Part shown: positions 11,076 to 21,854 of the stretch, one piece after another
How the letters are laid out: every line of letters starts with the position of its first letter
Position numbering within the stretch: position 1 is the stretch's first letter
Origin: Cirrosporium novae-zelandiae
Lineage: Eukaryota
DNA: 64,000 bases
Direction of reading: 5' to 3'
Assembly (NCBI GenBank): GCA_026023565.1
Contig: JAPETS010000024.1
Span: forward strand, 310,001-374,000
The notes under the pieces: generated by a model
Databases searched by the model: none
The model's input: the letters and a program-made list of their open reading frames with translations, nothing else
What the model was told of the DNA's origin: nothing
Made by a program: the position numbers and the translations under genes

Positions 11076-13286
11076 TCATTCCGTACCCCTCCCTCTTCCC
11101 ATTCTCTCAATACTACTCATAATCCCACTCCTGCTACCACCGCCAAATCCACTTCCGTTTCGGGAATGCCCACTGGCATTGCTGCCCCCACTTCCCACTC
11201 GGCCGATTCTACTCTCACCGGCATTTCCAACACTTGATTTAAACCCGTGTCCATGATGGCCATTGCTGGGCCCTTTGAGGCCTGAGGTGCGTGGCGCGCC
11301 ACCTCTTGGATTTTCGGGCCCGCTGGTTGATGAGGAAAATGTTGATATCGAGGTAGATGGCGCAGGTGCTCCGTGCCCATTTAGGTTTTTTTGCGCCTGC
11401 GCTTGTTGTGCTTGAGCCTCTTTCTCAGCCACAGACATTTCTAGCATCTCCTCGACTGCAGCAACAAGTTCCCCCTTCTCCACGCGCTCCGCCTCAAGTT
11501 CCTCCCTCAGATAAGTATTTTCCCTCTTAAAACTCTCAATCTCTTCGCTGAGACCCGCAAGTCTAGCTTTCTGTTCCTCAAATTTCTTAGCCTGCTCTGT
11601 TTTGGCTTTCTTCTCTTCTTCTGATTCTTCATTGCTTCCCTTGGACTTTGTAACCACACCCGAGAATGTAGATTCTTTCTCGGTGCGCAGGGCATCGAGT
11701 TCTTTGTTTGCTTCTTCAACCTGGCGCTTGAGTTCATTCGTTTTCTTCTCCCAGCGAGCTTCATAGGATCTCTTGAGTGCGGAGACTTTATGTTCATGTT
11801 TTTCTTTGTAGAGAGAATGGAGCTCGCGCGCAACTTTCTCAACGGCTTCTTCGATCTCATCTTTGCTTGCGGATCTGCTGGGTGTTGATGCAACTAGTCC
11901 ATCGGTGCCTGCAGCTGTGGACGCTGTTGTTGGTGACGAGGTAGAGGCCTTCAGTTTCGCAATCGATTGCTGAGCATCTGCCGCTCGGCCTTCAGCTTCT
12001 TCGCGACGATGTTCGGATTCCTCAAGTTTAATGCCTAGCTCTTCTCGCTCTTTATTGATTCTGAAAATTTCTTCCTTGGCGCTTCTTAGTACGCCTTCTG
12101 TATCCTTGGCTTGTTTCTCCCAGTCATTTCGCTCCCCTTCTATAGCTTCTTTGGCATCGCGCAAATCTCGCAGCTCCTCTGATACTTCGCCAACACGTCG
12201 CTCTGCATCCCCGACAGCCTCTTTAAGAGAGCTAATTTCTGCCTCCTTTCCATTGAGTGTTGCTCGAAGGGAAGAGATTTGAGAAGCAAATGATGATTTC
12301 AATGACTCGAGCTCGCGCGCAGTAATAGTAGGTATAGATCTAGGTGTGGGGGCAGGTGGGATATCGAAATCAATTAGGTTCATAATGTGCCTTGAGTCAG
12401 AAGGAGTAGCAGGAGGTATATATGAAGAAGGAGTGCGACGACTTGACAAGACTGAAGCTAGATTTGAGTATGATTGTTTTTTTCCGGGGGATCGGGTTCG
12501 GCTTGGTGTTTCCATTGGATGGGCCCAAGCGTTCAATGATTCCGTGATGTCGATTAAGTTGGTAGTATTGCCCTCATCCATTGGCATCATTGAAGGAGCT
12601 AGACGCGGGGTTGGAGATGGCGAAGGCGAAGGAGACTGTTCAGATTGTCTATAGCGCTTTACTGTGCCTGGTGTGCGATCGCTTCTTCCTCGCGGAGTCA
12701 TGGTACTGTCATATTGTCTCTTGGTGGGACTGTGAGAGCCCTTCTTTGGAGATGGCTGTCGTAACCTTTCTGTAACATCCGCATTTGGAATTACAGAGAA
12801 GCTGCTCAAACAAGTATCGTCCCCACCGTAGTCACCTAATCCGTCACTCTCACTCCTTGAATCCGACGCATGGTTTTCTTCGTTCGCGATCTCGTAGAAT
12901 ACAGTATCCTGGCTAGTTTGTTTCGATTCATTTTCATACTGCATCATATTAATAGCTTGTGTGAGGCCTTCATTCGATCTCAAAGTAAAGTCTTCGTCCA
13001 CATTCATGAGATTTGGTGCGGTGTTACTTTTAGGTGGTGAGCGGGTAGGTTTCGATGGTGAGCGTTTGCCGGGGCTGAGAGTAGGAGCTTTTCTCGGGGA
13101 GCGAGACGAGGGTTGAGCATGACTGTTGATGGAAGAGTTCATAGTTTCATGTTCAGACGAAAATATGTGAGTGCTAGATTTGAAATTTGACATGGACTTG
13201 GCAGGGCTGCTGCTTTTCTTTGGACTACTTTTGGGTGTTCGTAGATTTTGATTGGACTCGGAGAGAGGAGCTAATGGAGATACCAT
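11076..13286 (-). CDS. Coiled-coil protein with Slk19-like central kinetochore-associated domain
   Basis: Long intronless ORF with first ATG at 13286. The N-terminus is disordered and SP/TP-rich. It continues through PTPRSIPTITARELESLKS and a long coiled coil containing VEKVARELHSLYKEKHEHKVSALKRSYEARWEKK. Confidence 0.65.
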   Translation of the reverse strand: MVSPLAPLSESNQNLRTPKSSPKKSSSPAKSMSNFKSSTHIFSSEHETMNSSINSHAQPSSRSPRKAPTLSPGKRSPSKPTRSPPKSNTAPNLMNVDEDFTLRSNEGLTQAINMMQYENESKQTSQDTVFYEIANEENHASDSRSESDGLGDYGGDDTCLSSFSVIPNADVTERLRQPSPKKGSHSPTKRQYDSTMTPRGRSDRTPGTVKRYRQSEQSPSPSPSPTPRLAPSMMPMDEGNTTNLIDITESLNAWAHPMETPSRTRSPGKKQSYSNLASVLSSRRTPSSYIPPATPSDSRHIMNLIDFDIPPAPTPRSIPTITARELESLKSSFASQISSLRATLNGKEAEISSLKEAVGDAERRVGEVSEELRDLRDAKEAIEGERNDWEKQAKDTEGVLRSAKEEIFRINKEREELGIKLEESEHRREEAEGRAADAQQSIAKLKASTSSPTTASTAAGTDGLVASTPSRSASKDEIEEAVEKVARELHSLYKEKHEHKVSALKRSYEARWEKKTNELKRQVEEANKELDALRTEKESTFSGVVTKSKGSNEESEEEKKAKTEQAKKFEEQKARLAGLSEEIESFKRENTYLREELEAERVEKGELVAAVEEMLEMSVAEKEAQAQQAQAQKNLNGHGAPAPSTSISTFSSSTSGPENPRGGAPRTSGLKGPSNGHHGHGFKSSVGNAGESRIGRVGSGGSNASGHSRNGSGFGGGSRSGIMSSIERMGRGRGTE

Positions 13287-13765
13287 TGTTGGTATAATTT
13301 TCAAGTCGTCTTAAGCTCTCAATTGATTTAATATGTGTGTGATTGAAGTTCTATCAACGTTCTATCTGAAAAGTCGGAAGACGATGTAAACAAGACAGAT
13401 GCCCTATACCTAATTCTGCATAGCAACGGACTAGCGCCGTGGCTAAATCGGGTAGATTATTTTCCTCACCGAATCACCAACACCGAAACTTGGCAGGATC
13501 AGTACATGTCAAAGACTCTCACGCAAGATGGAGTTTTGATTGAAATCGATTCCTGGTAGGAGGAACATACAATAATTTTGAAAGGTCATACTGACTATAT
13601 TGATAATAACTCAAGACGACACCACACACTCTCAGCTAATACCAGGTATCAGGGTTTCTATCACTCTAACGTTTCTACACGACACTACTGCTTCCACGGC
13701 TCTTCCTATGCCTCCTATTTTTGGCATCAATTCATGAACTGGGTAGTGGTAGTCTATCATAATGG

Positions 13766-15551
13766 TCATCCAAATGCGGTAATTGAGACCCACAATACCT
13801 CCAGCACAAAGAAATTTTGAATTGAACGAAGGTTGGCCAGTCCAGAAGAGTCAGATCTATCCTTCCTCCCTGAACCAGTAGCAACTATAACGATCCTACT
13901 AGCGATATCTCCATAGCTTTGACGAGTCCCACCCAATATATTTTGTATTCCTGAGTTTCTTTTAATCAATATGATAGTACTAGGTAGAGAACTTGGATGT
14001 GGAAGAGTCCTATCTGAAGGGAGACAGACTGACGTATCCCCTTTTCGGTACTCCATGAATCGGGAAAACATCCAGGCCTTCTAGTGAGTAGTGAAGGCTT
14101 GGAGACTGACAGATCCATCAGGGTTCTTTCCGCGACATGATGAATACTGGAATGCGTCGTATTAGCATGTCCACCGTTTGAACATTCATGGGGAGCTACC
14201 AACACTCATCCAGTTGATGACTCTCATTGGTTCTCCGCCAGAACAGGGAACTTGTTCGCATTGCTACAAAGTATCAGGGTTTCCAGACGTCTGGGTCGTG
14301 TCCAGTAGTTCGTCATCGCTAATACAGTCTTTCCCAGTCTCTCTAAAAGTATGCCAAAGTCCCAACCAATGTCCCGTTTCGTGAATTAAGGTGGTGGAAG
14401 TGTTTCCCAGCATGGCTTGATCCATTATGATACTATTAATCTCGTTATACTGATCTCCTGGAAGTGTAGCATACTGCAAGCGAAGGGTTGGTTAGGAAAA
14501 AATTAAGCAGATTTACGTACCTACAAGGAAAAGGGAGTTCGAGAGATCACATACACCACTAAGCCCAGTATCCTCGGAAGCGTTGATGCTATCCACCAGC
14601 CACACGTTTAAATCGGGGCGTCCACCAACATGCGTATTGGTTTTAATAGCATCGTTGTCATCCGTGAAGACGTGTTCCGAAACATTCTTATTCATCCATC
14701 TCCTGATTTTTGGTTGGTAGTGGAAGAATATACCTAGAGGGTGATAAGTTCGATTCATCCACTCCATCTATAATAGAGAGTCAATTAACTGTGAACTGCA
14801 CCACGTGAATGGATGATACCTGCTGCTTGACCCGTTCTTCTGAAGCTAACGACGAATTCCATTTTCTGGATCGGACATAGTGAAAATAAATATCAATGTC
14901 GAGCCTATTTTTGACGATGCACCTCTCCAACAGCCTCCTCTTCCTCTTCGTCGATGAGTTCGAGTTCGTGTATGTAACTTTTGGAAGTGTAACAGGCTCA
15001 TTCTCTACAAAATATTGGAAAAGGGATGATTCCATTTTTGAAAGAGTTTTGGCATCCCCTATTGAAATGGGGAGAATCGTCAGATCGCAAGCTTCGCTGA
15101 ATGAGTCGCTTGCATTCGTAGATCCCAAGCTCTCCAGACTTGGGACGGTTTCATCTTCTAGAGGCTCCCCTTCAGGGCTTAAAGTATCACAATTGTCTAT
15201 GAAATTGATACTTGAACCTGCTAAAAAGCTATCCTGTATTGATGAAGAGGTACTTTGTGGGGAGATAGTTAATAAATTAGAGCTCTTTGAAAGGGTGCTA
15301 GCTGATAATCCTCTTGATCGAGTTGTAGCGATTGGCGATGATAGGGCAACCTTAGGAAACCTAATAGTATTAATAACCAGAGATATGGCTGAATGAATAG
15401 GGGAACAAGGCAATGATTTAATGTTTGAAAACGGTCTAATTGGCCTAACAGCCTGCGCACTGTTGAATATCGTATCAGGTTGTCCTTGAATAGTTAACAG
15501 AAAACATAAATAAGTAGTAAGGACGCAAAAGATATGTTTCGAAGGGGCCAT
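13766..15551 (-). pseudogene. Secreted M43 (pappalysin-like) metzincin with two in-frame stop codons
   Basis: Has a signal peptide, HETGHWLGLWHTF, and a Met-turn NWMS|YS split by intron 14203-14147. Other introns are 14819-14768 and 14554-14474. In-frame TAG stops lie at 14264-14266 and 14081-14083. Confidence 0.8.
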
Positions 15552-16405
15552 GTAGGTATTTTCGATATATGATTATTGTGCTGATTTTCTGATTGGAAGA
15601 GGAAGGCTGGAACTAATTTGAATATTTATGTTTCTGCTAGTTCTGGCAGTCATAGTGTATTACGAAAATGCCTCTTTCCTAATCTCGCTTTTCAATCATT
15701 TGATTGATTAGAATAGAGAATTATTTTCGACCAACTTTGTAACTGGAACCGGGGTGCTCCTTCCTACCTTGTAAGTATTGCTCTTGGGGAGATGCTTTCG
15801 AGCAAAGAAGTACATGTAGCCTTAATTCTAACATATAAATTTCGTGATTGCTCATAAGTTTGGCGGGCTGAATCTAGATTTAGCCAATTTGGGCTTGAGG
15901 TGGAAATGATTTATGTGTAGGAGGTCTTTGACTGTAGTCAAAATGCGAGCCGATACAATTTCTATATTGTCAAATGAAATGAATACTGGAAGCAAAATAC
16001 AAGGCTGCGGGAACTGAGCCTCGTTCATCACCTAAACGAGTGTCAGTACAATATTACCATATTCGTATTCCGATCATCGTTTTCATGATAGTCTTTGAAC
16101 TGTGATTCATATTGAGGAGTAATGCCATAACACCGGAGACTCCTAAGAAAAATATCATCCTTATTAGCTAGATCACGGATCTCCACGATAGCCGTGTATG
16201 AATTCTTTACTCTTATCGACTCCATCTTATACTTCCTTTCTCTCTTATCTTCAAGACTTCATAAATTAAAACAATATCCATACATTTCATCGATCTATCA
16301 TCCACACCGAGCTTGAACAAAATGTATTATAAGTAATAAATATATATAAATTTAAAAAAAAAGTGGAGGAGGTGGGAGGAAAATATATGTAAAAGTGTAC
16401 TACTA

Positions 16406-16584
16406 CTTTTGACGGGTAGAAGTGAAAGCGACTAGACCCAAAGATGGAACCAGAAATGTGATCCTAGGGAGGCTTTTAAAAAAAATCAGTTTTCAACAAC
16501 AATTCCTTTTGAAAACCTCCTTCAGGTCACTTTTCTAGGTTCGTTTTTTGGGGTCTGGTCGCTTTCATTTCTATCCGTCGAAAG
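16406..16584. mobile_element. MITE, family A copy 1 (about 80-bp imperfect TIRs, TA flanks)
   Basis: The left arm CTTTTGACGGGTAGAAGTGAAAGCGACTAGACCC is the reverse complement of the right arm GGGTCTGGTCGCTTTCATTTCTATCCGTCGAAAG. TA lies on both sides, and a related copy sits at 47537. Confidence 0.85.
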
Positions 16585-18407
16585 TAGATGGGGAGATGAT
16601 GATAATAATTATGGACGTAGCCTAAGTACCTAGGTATCTAAAGAAACAAATATCCCACACCATCATGATCATCATTCTCCTATCCCATCCAATCCAATCC
16701 ATTCAACCCCTCCTCCCAAGAAAAGAAAGTAAAATAAATAAATAAGTTAGGTACCTAGGTATATAAGGCTTAACCCCCTACCCCCTAATATAGACGAAAC
16801 GAACACAAAAAAAAAATTCCGAAAAAAATGTGCCCTTGTGGTGCGTGAGTTGTGAGGGAGGAAACGGCATGCCGATGGGTGACAGGTGGGTGGGTTGATT
16901 GATTGATGGATGTAGAGCTATAATAGTTATAAAGGACTGAGCCTCTTTCTTTTTTTGGGTTTGTATAACCCACCTGTTTTTTTTTTTTATTCTTGTTCTG
17001 TTCTACTCTATGATATTCAATGATACTCTACAATTAACCGTCATCGACCTCTATAGGTATATATATATATATAGTGCGATTTTTTTAGTTTCTCGTAAGA
17101 TGATGACCAGTAACTATTCTACGCCTTCCCTCCTTTTTTTCTTTCTTTCTTACCAGAAATACCTTTTCTTTTTGTAGTAATAAACACATCCAAGTCATAC
17201 CGATGCGATATATAGGAGTTATCCGTCAAGGATAAACTAAACTTTGGGAAATTGTTATGCGACGGCTCTTATTCGACTATATATATAAAGGGTTAAGGGG
17301 GAATAGGAAATAAACAACATTAACTAACCCGCCAACCAACCAACCAACCAACCATGAAGGCAAATCCAGCCCCTTCTAGAAAAAGAACCATGCTCATTCC
17401 ATATCCACCTAGACGCTTCCTGCCTGCCTACCTACCTGTCTACCTGTCTACCTGCCAGCTCAGATCGTGTAACCCCCTCATCCAAAAAAAGAGACTATTC
17501 CCACGAGGGCAATCAAAACAATCAAAATAGGAATAGGAATAGCGGTATAGTTGCGTTGCGGTGGGGTGGGGTGCGGTTCCAACCCATCCATCCATCCGCA
17601 CTACGGCACTGCCGCTATCCTTCCGTTGTCCTTACTTGGTAGGCGGGTAGCTGTTAGGCACAGCACAGCACAGCATAGTACATACTATAGATATGGTGGA
17701 CATTGACATCTGTATCTGCATCTGCATCTGCATATTGGCGACCCCGAAGCTGAAGCCGATACCGAATTGGGAATCTAGATATTTGGATAACTATCTTACT
17801 AGACTGATTGACTGGTTAACTATTACTTATTGTTGTTGAAGGGGGGGAGGCATGAATGGTATGGTGGTTGTTGGGGGTTTCAGGCGTATGTTGTACTGTA
17901 TACTAGGTGGAGGAGGGATCGAGATGGGATGTTGGGGAAGGGAGGGGAGGGGGGGGTAGGTGTGTTGGGGATATGGGATATGGGTATGTGAACGGAGAGG
18001 AGAGTGGATAAGTGATTTAGGTGGATAGACCACCACCAACACTGGATACAATAACACATGAAGGAATGAAGACAGAACAAAAAACATGAATGGCAATGTA
18101 GTCTATCAAGCTTTTCTATCCCCCCACCCTCATCCTATCCCAGCCTGTCCTGTTCTATCTACCATATCATATCATAACATAACACAACCATAACTCCCCT
18201 TATTTTTTTCCTTTCGTATCCCAAGATATAGCCATATCATCAACATACATCAACCCTCATCTTCATCCCCCCCCAAACTATTCGTCCATCCACCTATACC
18301 TTGCCATGCAATACCATGCCGCTTCTTTCCCCGAACCCCGAACCACAAATTCTCCTCTTTCCTTCCTCTCAATATCCATCCCCTTCCCTCCTCAAGTATC
18401 TAAAATT

Positions 18408-18590
18408 TCATAGTCTTAAAACCCTCTCCCTGATCCAGATTTTCGAGATGCGACCTCTCATGGCTGGAAACTCGGCTTCGAGTAAGATTCGGATGGATTC
18501 TGCGTCTTCGCCTTTGAGGTAGAGGTCTTTTATGAAGGCGTCGTGGGTGGGGGTCCAGCCAATGGGAGCTGTGGGGGTTGTTTGGGGCAT
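18408..18590 (-). CDS. Candidate 60-aa microprotein (helical, Myb/HTH-like start)
   Basis: ATG in a CATCAATC context. The sequence is protein-like (WTPTHDAFIKDLYLKGEDAESIRILLEAEFP..WIRER) and forms a complex island inside low-complexity DNA. Confidence 0.5.
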   Translation of the reverse strand: MPQTTPTAPIGWTPTHDAFIKDLYLKGEDAESIRILLEAEFPAMRGRISKIWIRERVLRL

Positions 18591-18689
18591 GATTGATGGT
18601 GGTGGTTGAGAAGGATGATGGGTTGGGTTGGATTGGTTCTCTGGATTGGATTGTATGGGAACGTGTGGCGGGTGATTATTGGTAGGGGT

Positions 18690-18729
18690 GGTAGGTAGGT
18701 AGGTAGGTAGGTAGGTAGGTAGGTAGGTA
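18690..18729. repeat. (GGTA)10 microsatellite
   Basis: Read directly; a similar imperfect GGTA/GATA tract lies near 10538-10573. Confidence 0.95.
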
Positions 18730-19735
18730 AGTATAGCAATCGTTTTGAGATGGGATTTTGATGTGTATCGGTGGAATGGAGGGGTGGTGCGCTGGGGCCT
18801 ATAGTCCGGTTGAAAGATGTAGAGAGAGGATGAATGAACTGCTTCAACAGGTGGAAATAACTTTATTGGAGAATAAAAAATCTTCGAGTTATATGATGCG
18901 ACCTCTTTGCGTTATAGACCGTAGGATAGAATATAACCTTTGTAGAACACTTTCGAGGCTTGAATTGGTTCTTTAGAAAAAGGAATGGATGAACCTTTTT
19001 GCACCATATCGACCCTATATATATATACACGGTCAGGGACGCAAGAAGTTCTATTCTTGTTATTTCTATTTCATCGGTTTCATCGGGAGATGGAGTCTGA
19101 AGACAATGCATTGTTTGTGTGGCCCACCAACCTGGAAGAGTTACAAACCATAAGAAATTCCATGAGCAATGGGAGTTTGTGATGCAATGTTTCGTTGCTG
19201 GCTGTAAGTTGGAGCTGCAGAATTGGCTTGCAATCGCTAGACAAACAACAATCGTGCAGGGTTGGTTTGACGGAGCAGCTTCTCCCAAAATACATTGCAA
19301 TGGCACAAATAAGGCATCGACCACCATCTCCTAAAAACAGCCTGAAAGAAAGGATGCATGGCAAAGGGACAAGTATAGAGTTTAACATGATGATAATTAG
19401 AACCATTGACTAAACGCCTTCCATGCTTAGATTAGGTGGTTGAAAATCACCTTCCATTTTCGTACTGTCTTGCTCTCGCTTCACATTCTCTCCGCTTGCC
19501 AATGGCCAAGTAACCGTGTTACAACCTGATGTAAAAACGCCAGCATCCTAATTAAAGCCTCCCTCCTGCCTTATTGAACTCCCGAAGGCTTCAGAAACAA
19601 TTCGAAGCCTTCCAAAACCATGACCCGGGATAACCATGCGGATAGACACAACGCATATGCAGGAACCAGAAAATTGACCAACATCGTATGATGAGATAGG
19701 TAAGAAAATCGCTTTCGTTAAACCTTTCTTTTCAT

Positions 19736-20753
19736 CTAGAATAGGCCAAGACCACTAATAAACCACGTAAACGAGAGCGTTGTTATCGTGGCCACGATAA
19801 GTACTATGTTGATGACGTTCCGTTCCGTTTTGGAGAGAGCTCCGCTACAGGTTGCGCATTTGAATGCTGTCTATGGTTAGTTGATGCTAATTTGAGGTAT
19901 ATGCTATTGTACATACCATTTAAAGGCGTATAGGCCTGTGGTGTGTACATTCCAAAAGTCCAGGTATCATAGACACTCAAATGTCCAGCTGAAGCTGTGG
20001 CACTGATATCCAATTTTGCATCCATGATGACCAGAGTATAAGTCTCAACTAGTAACGGCACAGTGGCGGTAGACTGATATTTACCCGTGTCCCACGTGAA
20101 ATGTCCTGTTGGATCAACAGACATGTTCCTGGTGAGAGTGTACATTTCACTGTTGATACTGCATGTTGCCATAACATCAATACCCGAAGGCGTAACGGAG
20201 AGAGATGTATAATTCCAAACAAAAGTTACATAATCTCCAATCTTGAAGTAGGTTGTTGTTGTGCTAGCCGGAGTGAGCAGCGATACTCCTCCTGTAACTC
20301 CAGTATAGGTGGTACTGCTGTTAGAGCTACCTGTACCAGTTGATGTGCCAGTTTTTGTATCGCTATCTGTACCGGTGCCAGTCTTGGTTTTGGATTTTCC
20401 AGTTGCTGTACCTGTTTTTGAAGCACTCTTGTTGGTGCCACTGGCGCTTTTGGAATCGCTCGTAGATGCAGCCTTACCGGTGGCTGTTGTCTTCGCGGCG
20501 GTTTTGGTGGCTATTGAACTATCGGCTGTCGAACCAGCTGCTGCAGACTTCGAATTCGCTATTAAAGCCAAATAGTCAGTGCATGCCAACGAGTCTTGCG
20601 AGAGTAGGAAAACTTACCAGTAGTGGTACTATCTTCTCTTCGCATCATGGCATTTCTGATATCTTTTATTGAAGGGGGCCATGGCCATGCCGCTGACAAA
20701 CAAGTAAAAACCAGCAATACCGAAAGGATGTAAATAGGACTAAATCTCCGCAT
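19736..20753 (-). CDS. Conserved fungal secreted/membrane protein: signal peptide, Ser/Thr/Lys-rich stalk, beta-rich domain, C-terminal TM
   Basis: MRRFSPIYILSVLLVFTCLSAAWPWP start. Motifs GGVSLLTP..YFKIGDYVTFVWNYTSL, TYTLVIMD and FGMYTPQAYTPL. The last exon reads FKCATCSGALS..IVLIVATITTLSFTWFISGLGLF*. Two introns. Confidence 0.8.
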
Positions 20754-21854
20754 TTTGAAGGATATCGACGACGAAAATGGTGAAAGGAGTAACTTCACAA
20801 CCTTTCAGGTTGAAGAGCAAAGGGTCTGCAATTCCAGACACCCTTAAAAATATGATAATTTCAGACTCGTAATTGATGCAGCGAATGTGTCTGAGGTGGG
20901 TCCAAACAGGGAGTTCTCGACCCGTGTTCTGGAATGCACCGAAACAAATACGAAAGTCTGTTATACGTCTGTATAAACCCGAGAACCCCGACCAAGCGAA
21001 TGACAGTTCAGAAGAACGAATGGGTGTGAGAAGGGAAGAAGGACGAGCTTTCAGATGAAAATTGCAGTTGTGGTTATGTGTATGTGTATACGGGAGAAGC
21101 AAGAGGAGTAAGTAAGTTTGGGAATAATTAACCAAGTAACTTATTGAGAGGATGAGACGGATCGACTCTAAGGGCCATGGAAGGCTAATTGTTTTGGCTG
21201 ACAGGGATCATGAAGATCCGAAGGGGCGCCTGAGGTCCCCCCGGTGGTCCCCATTAATCCAAGTTTTTAATGGTCCAAATTTATTTTTGGAAACCATAGC
21301 AACCCAATTTGTAGCTAACATGAGAATAACCATAGATTTGTACTTTAATGTCTCATCTTAGTTATTAGTCTTTGTCTTTAAGGCCATTAAGGTAGCGTAA
21401 TCATTCACCAAAAAAAAAACTTGGGGACAGCACTGCTAAAATTCATACTCGTACACATCTAGTCAAAGCTATCCCGTCTACTTGGTGTATACAACATCCT
21501 AGCCCCTCATCATGTCAAAGCCAAACCTTCCTTTCACTCATATAGTCCTTTGTATCATAGTAAACGAAAGAACCCCGCCGAGTGTGATCCGAGATCCCTA
21601 AAACTCCCATATTGCCATGCAGGTACCTCCTGATAATATTCCAGTCAAAGCCAAAGCTGAACACGTCTTTTTCTCCAACGCCCTTTTTACCCATGCTAAT
21701 AGATGAACGAATACCCGCATACTACGGGAAACCCATTCTAAAGAGTGATAACATGTCGACGGCCTACCCCCTCCTGTTGCCCTTGTTTTGCCACCCACCA
21801 GCATAGGTATATCCATAGAACCCCGACTCAATGTCTCATTTGCACGTGTCAATA

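Noticed and set aside
16043..16225. 60-aa minus-strand ORF
   Set aside because: No motif or splice support; could be chance or an unidentifiable relic.
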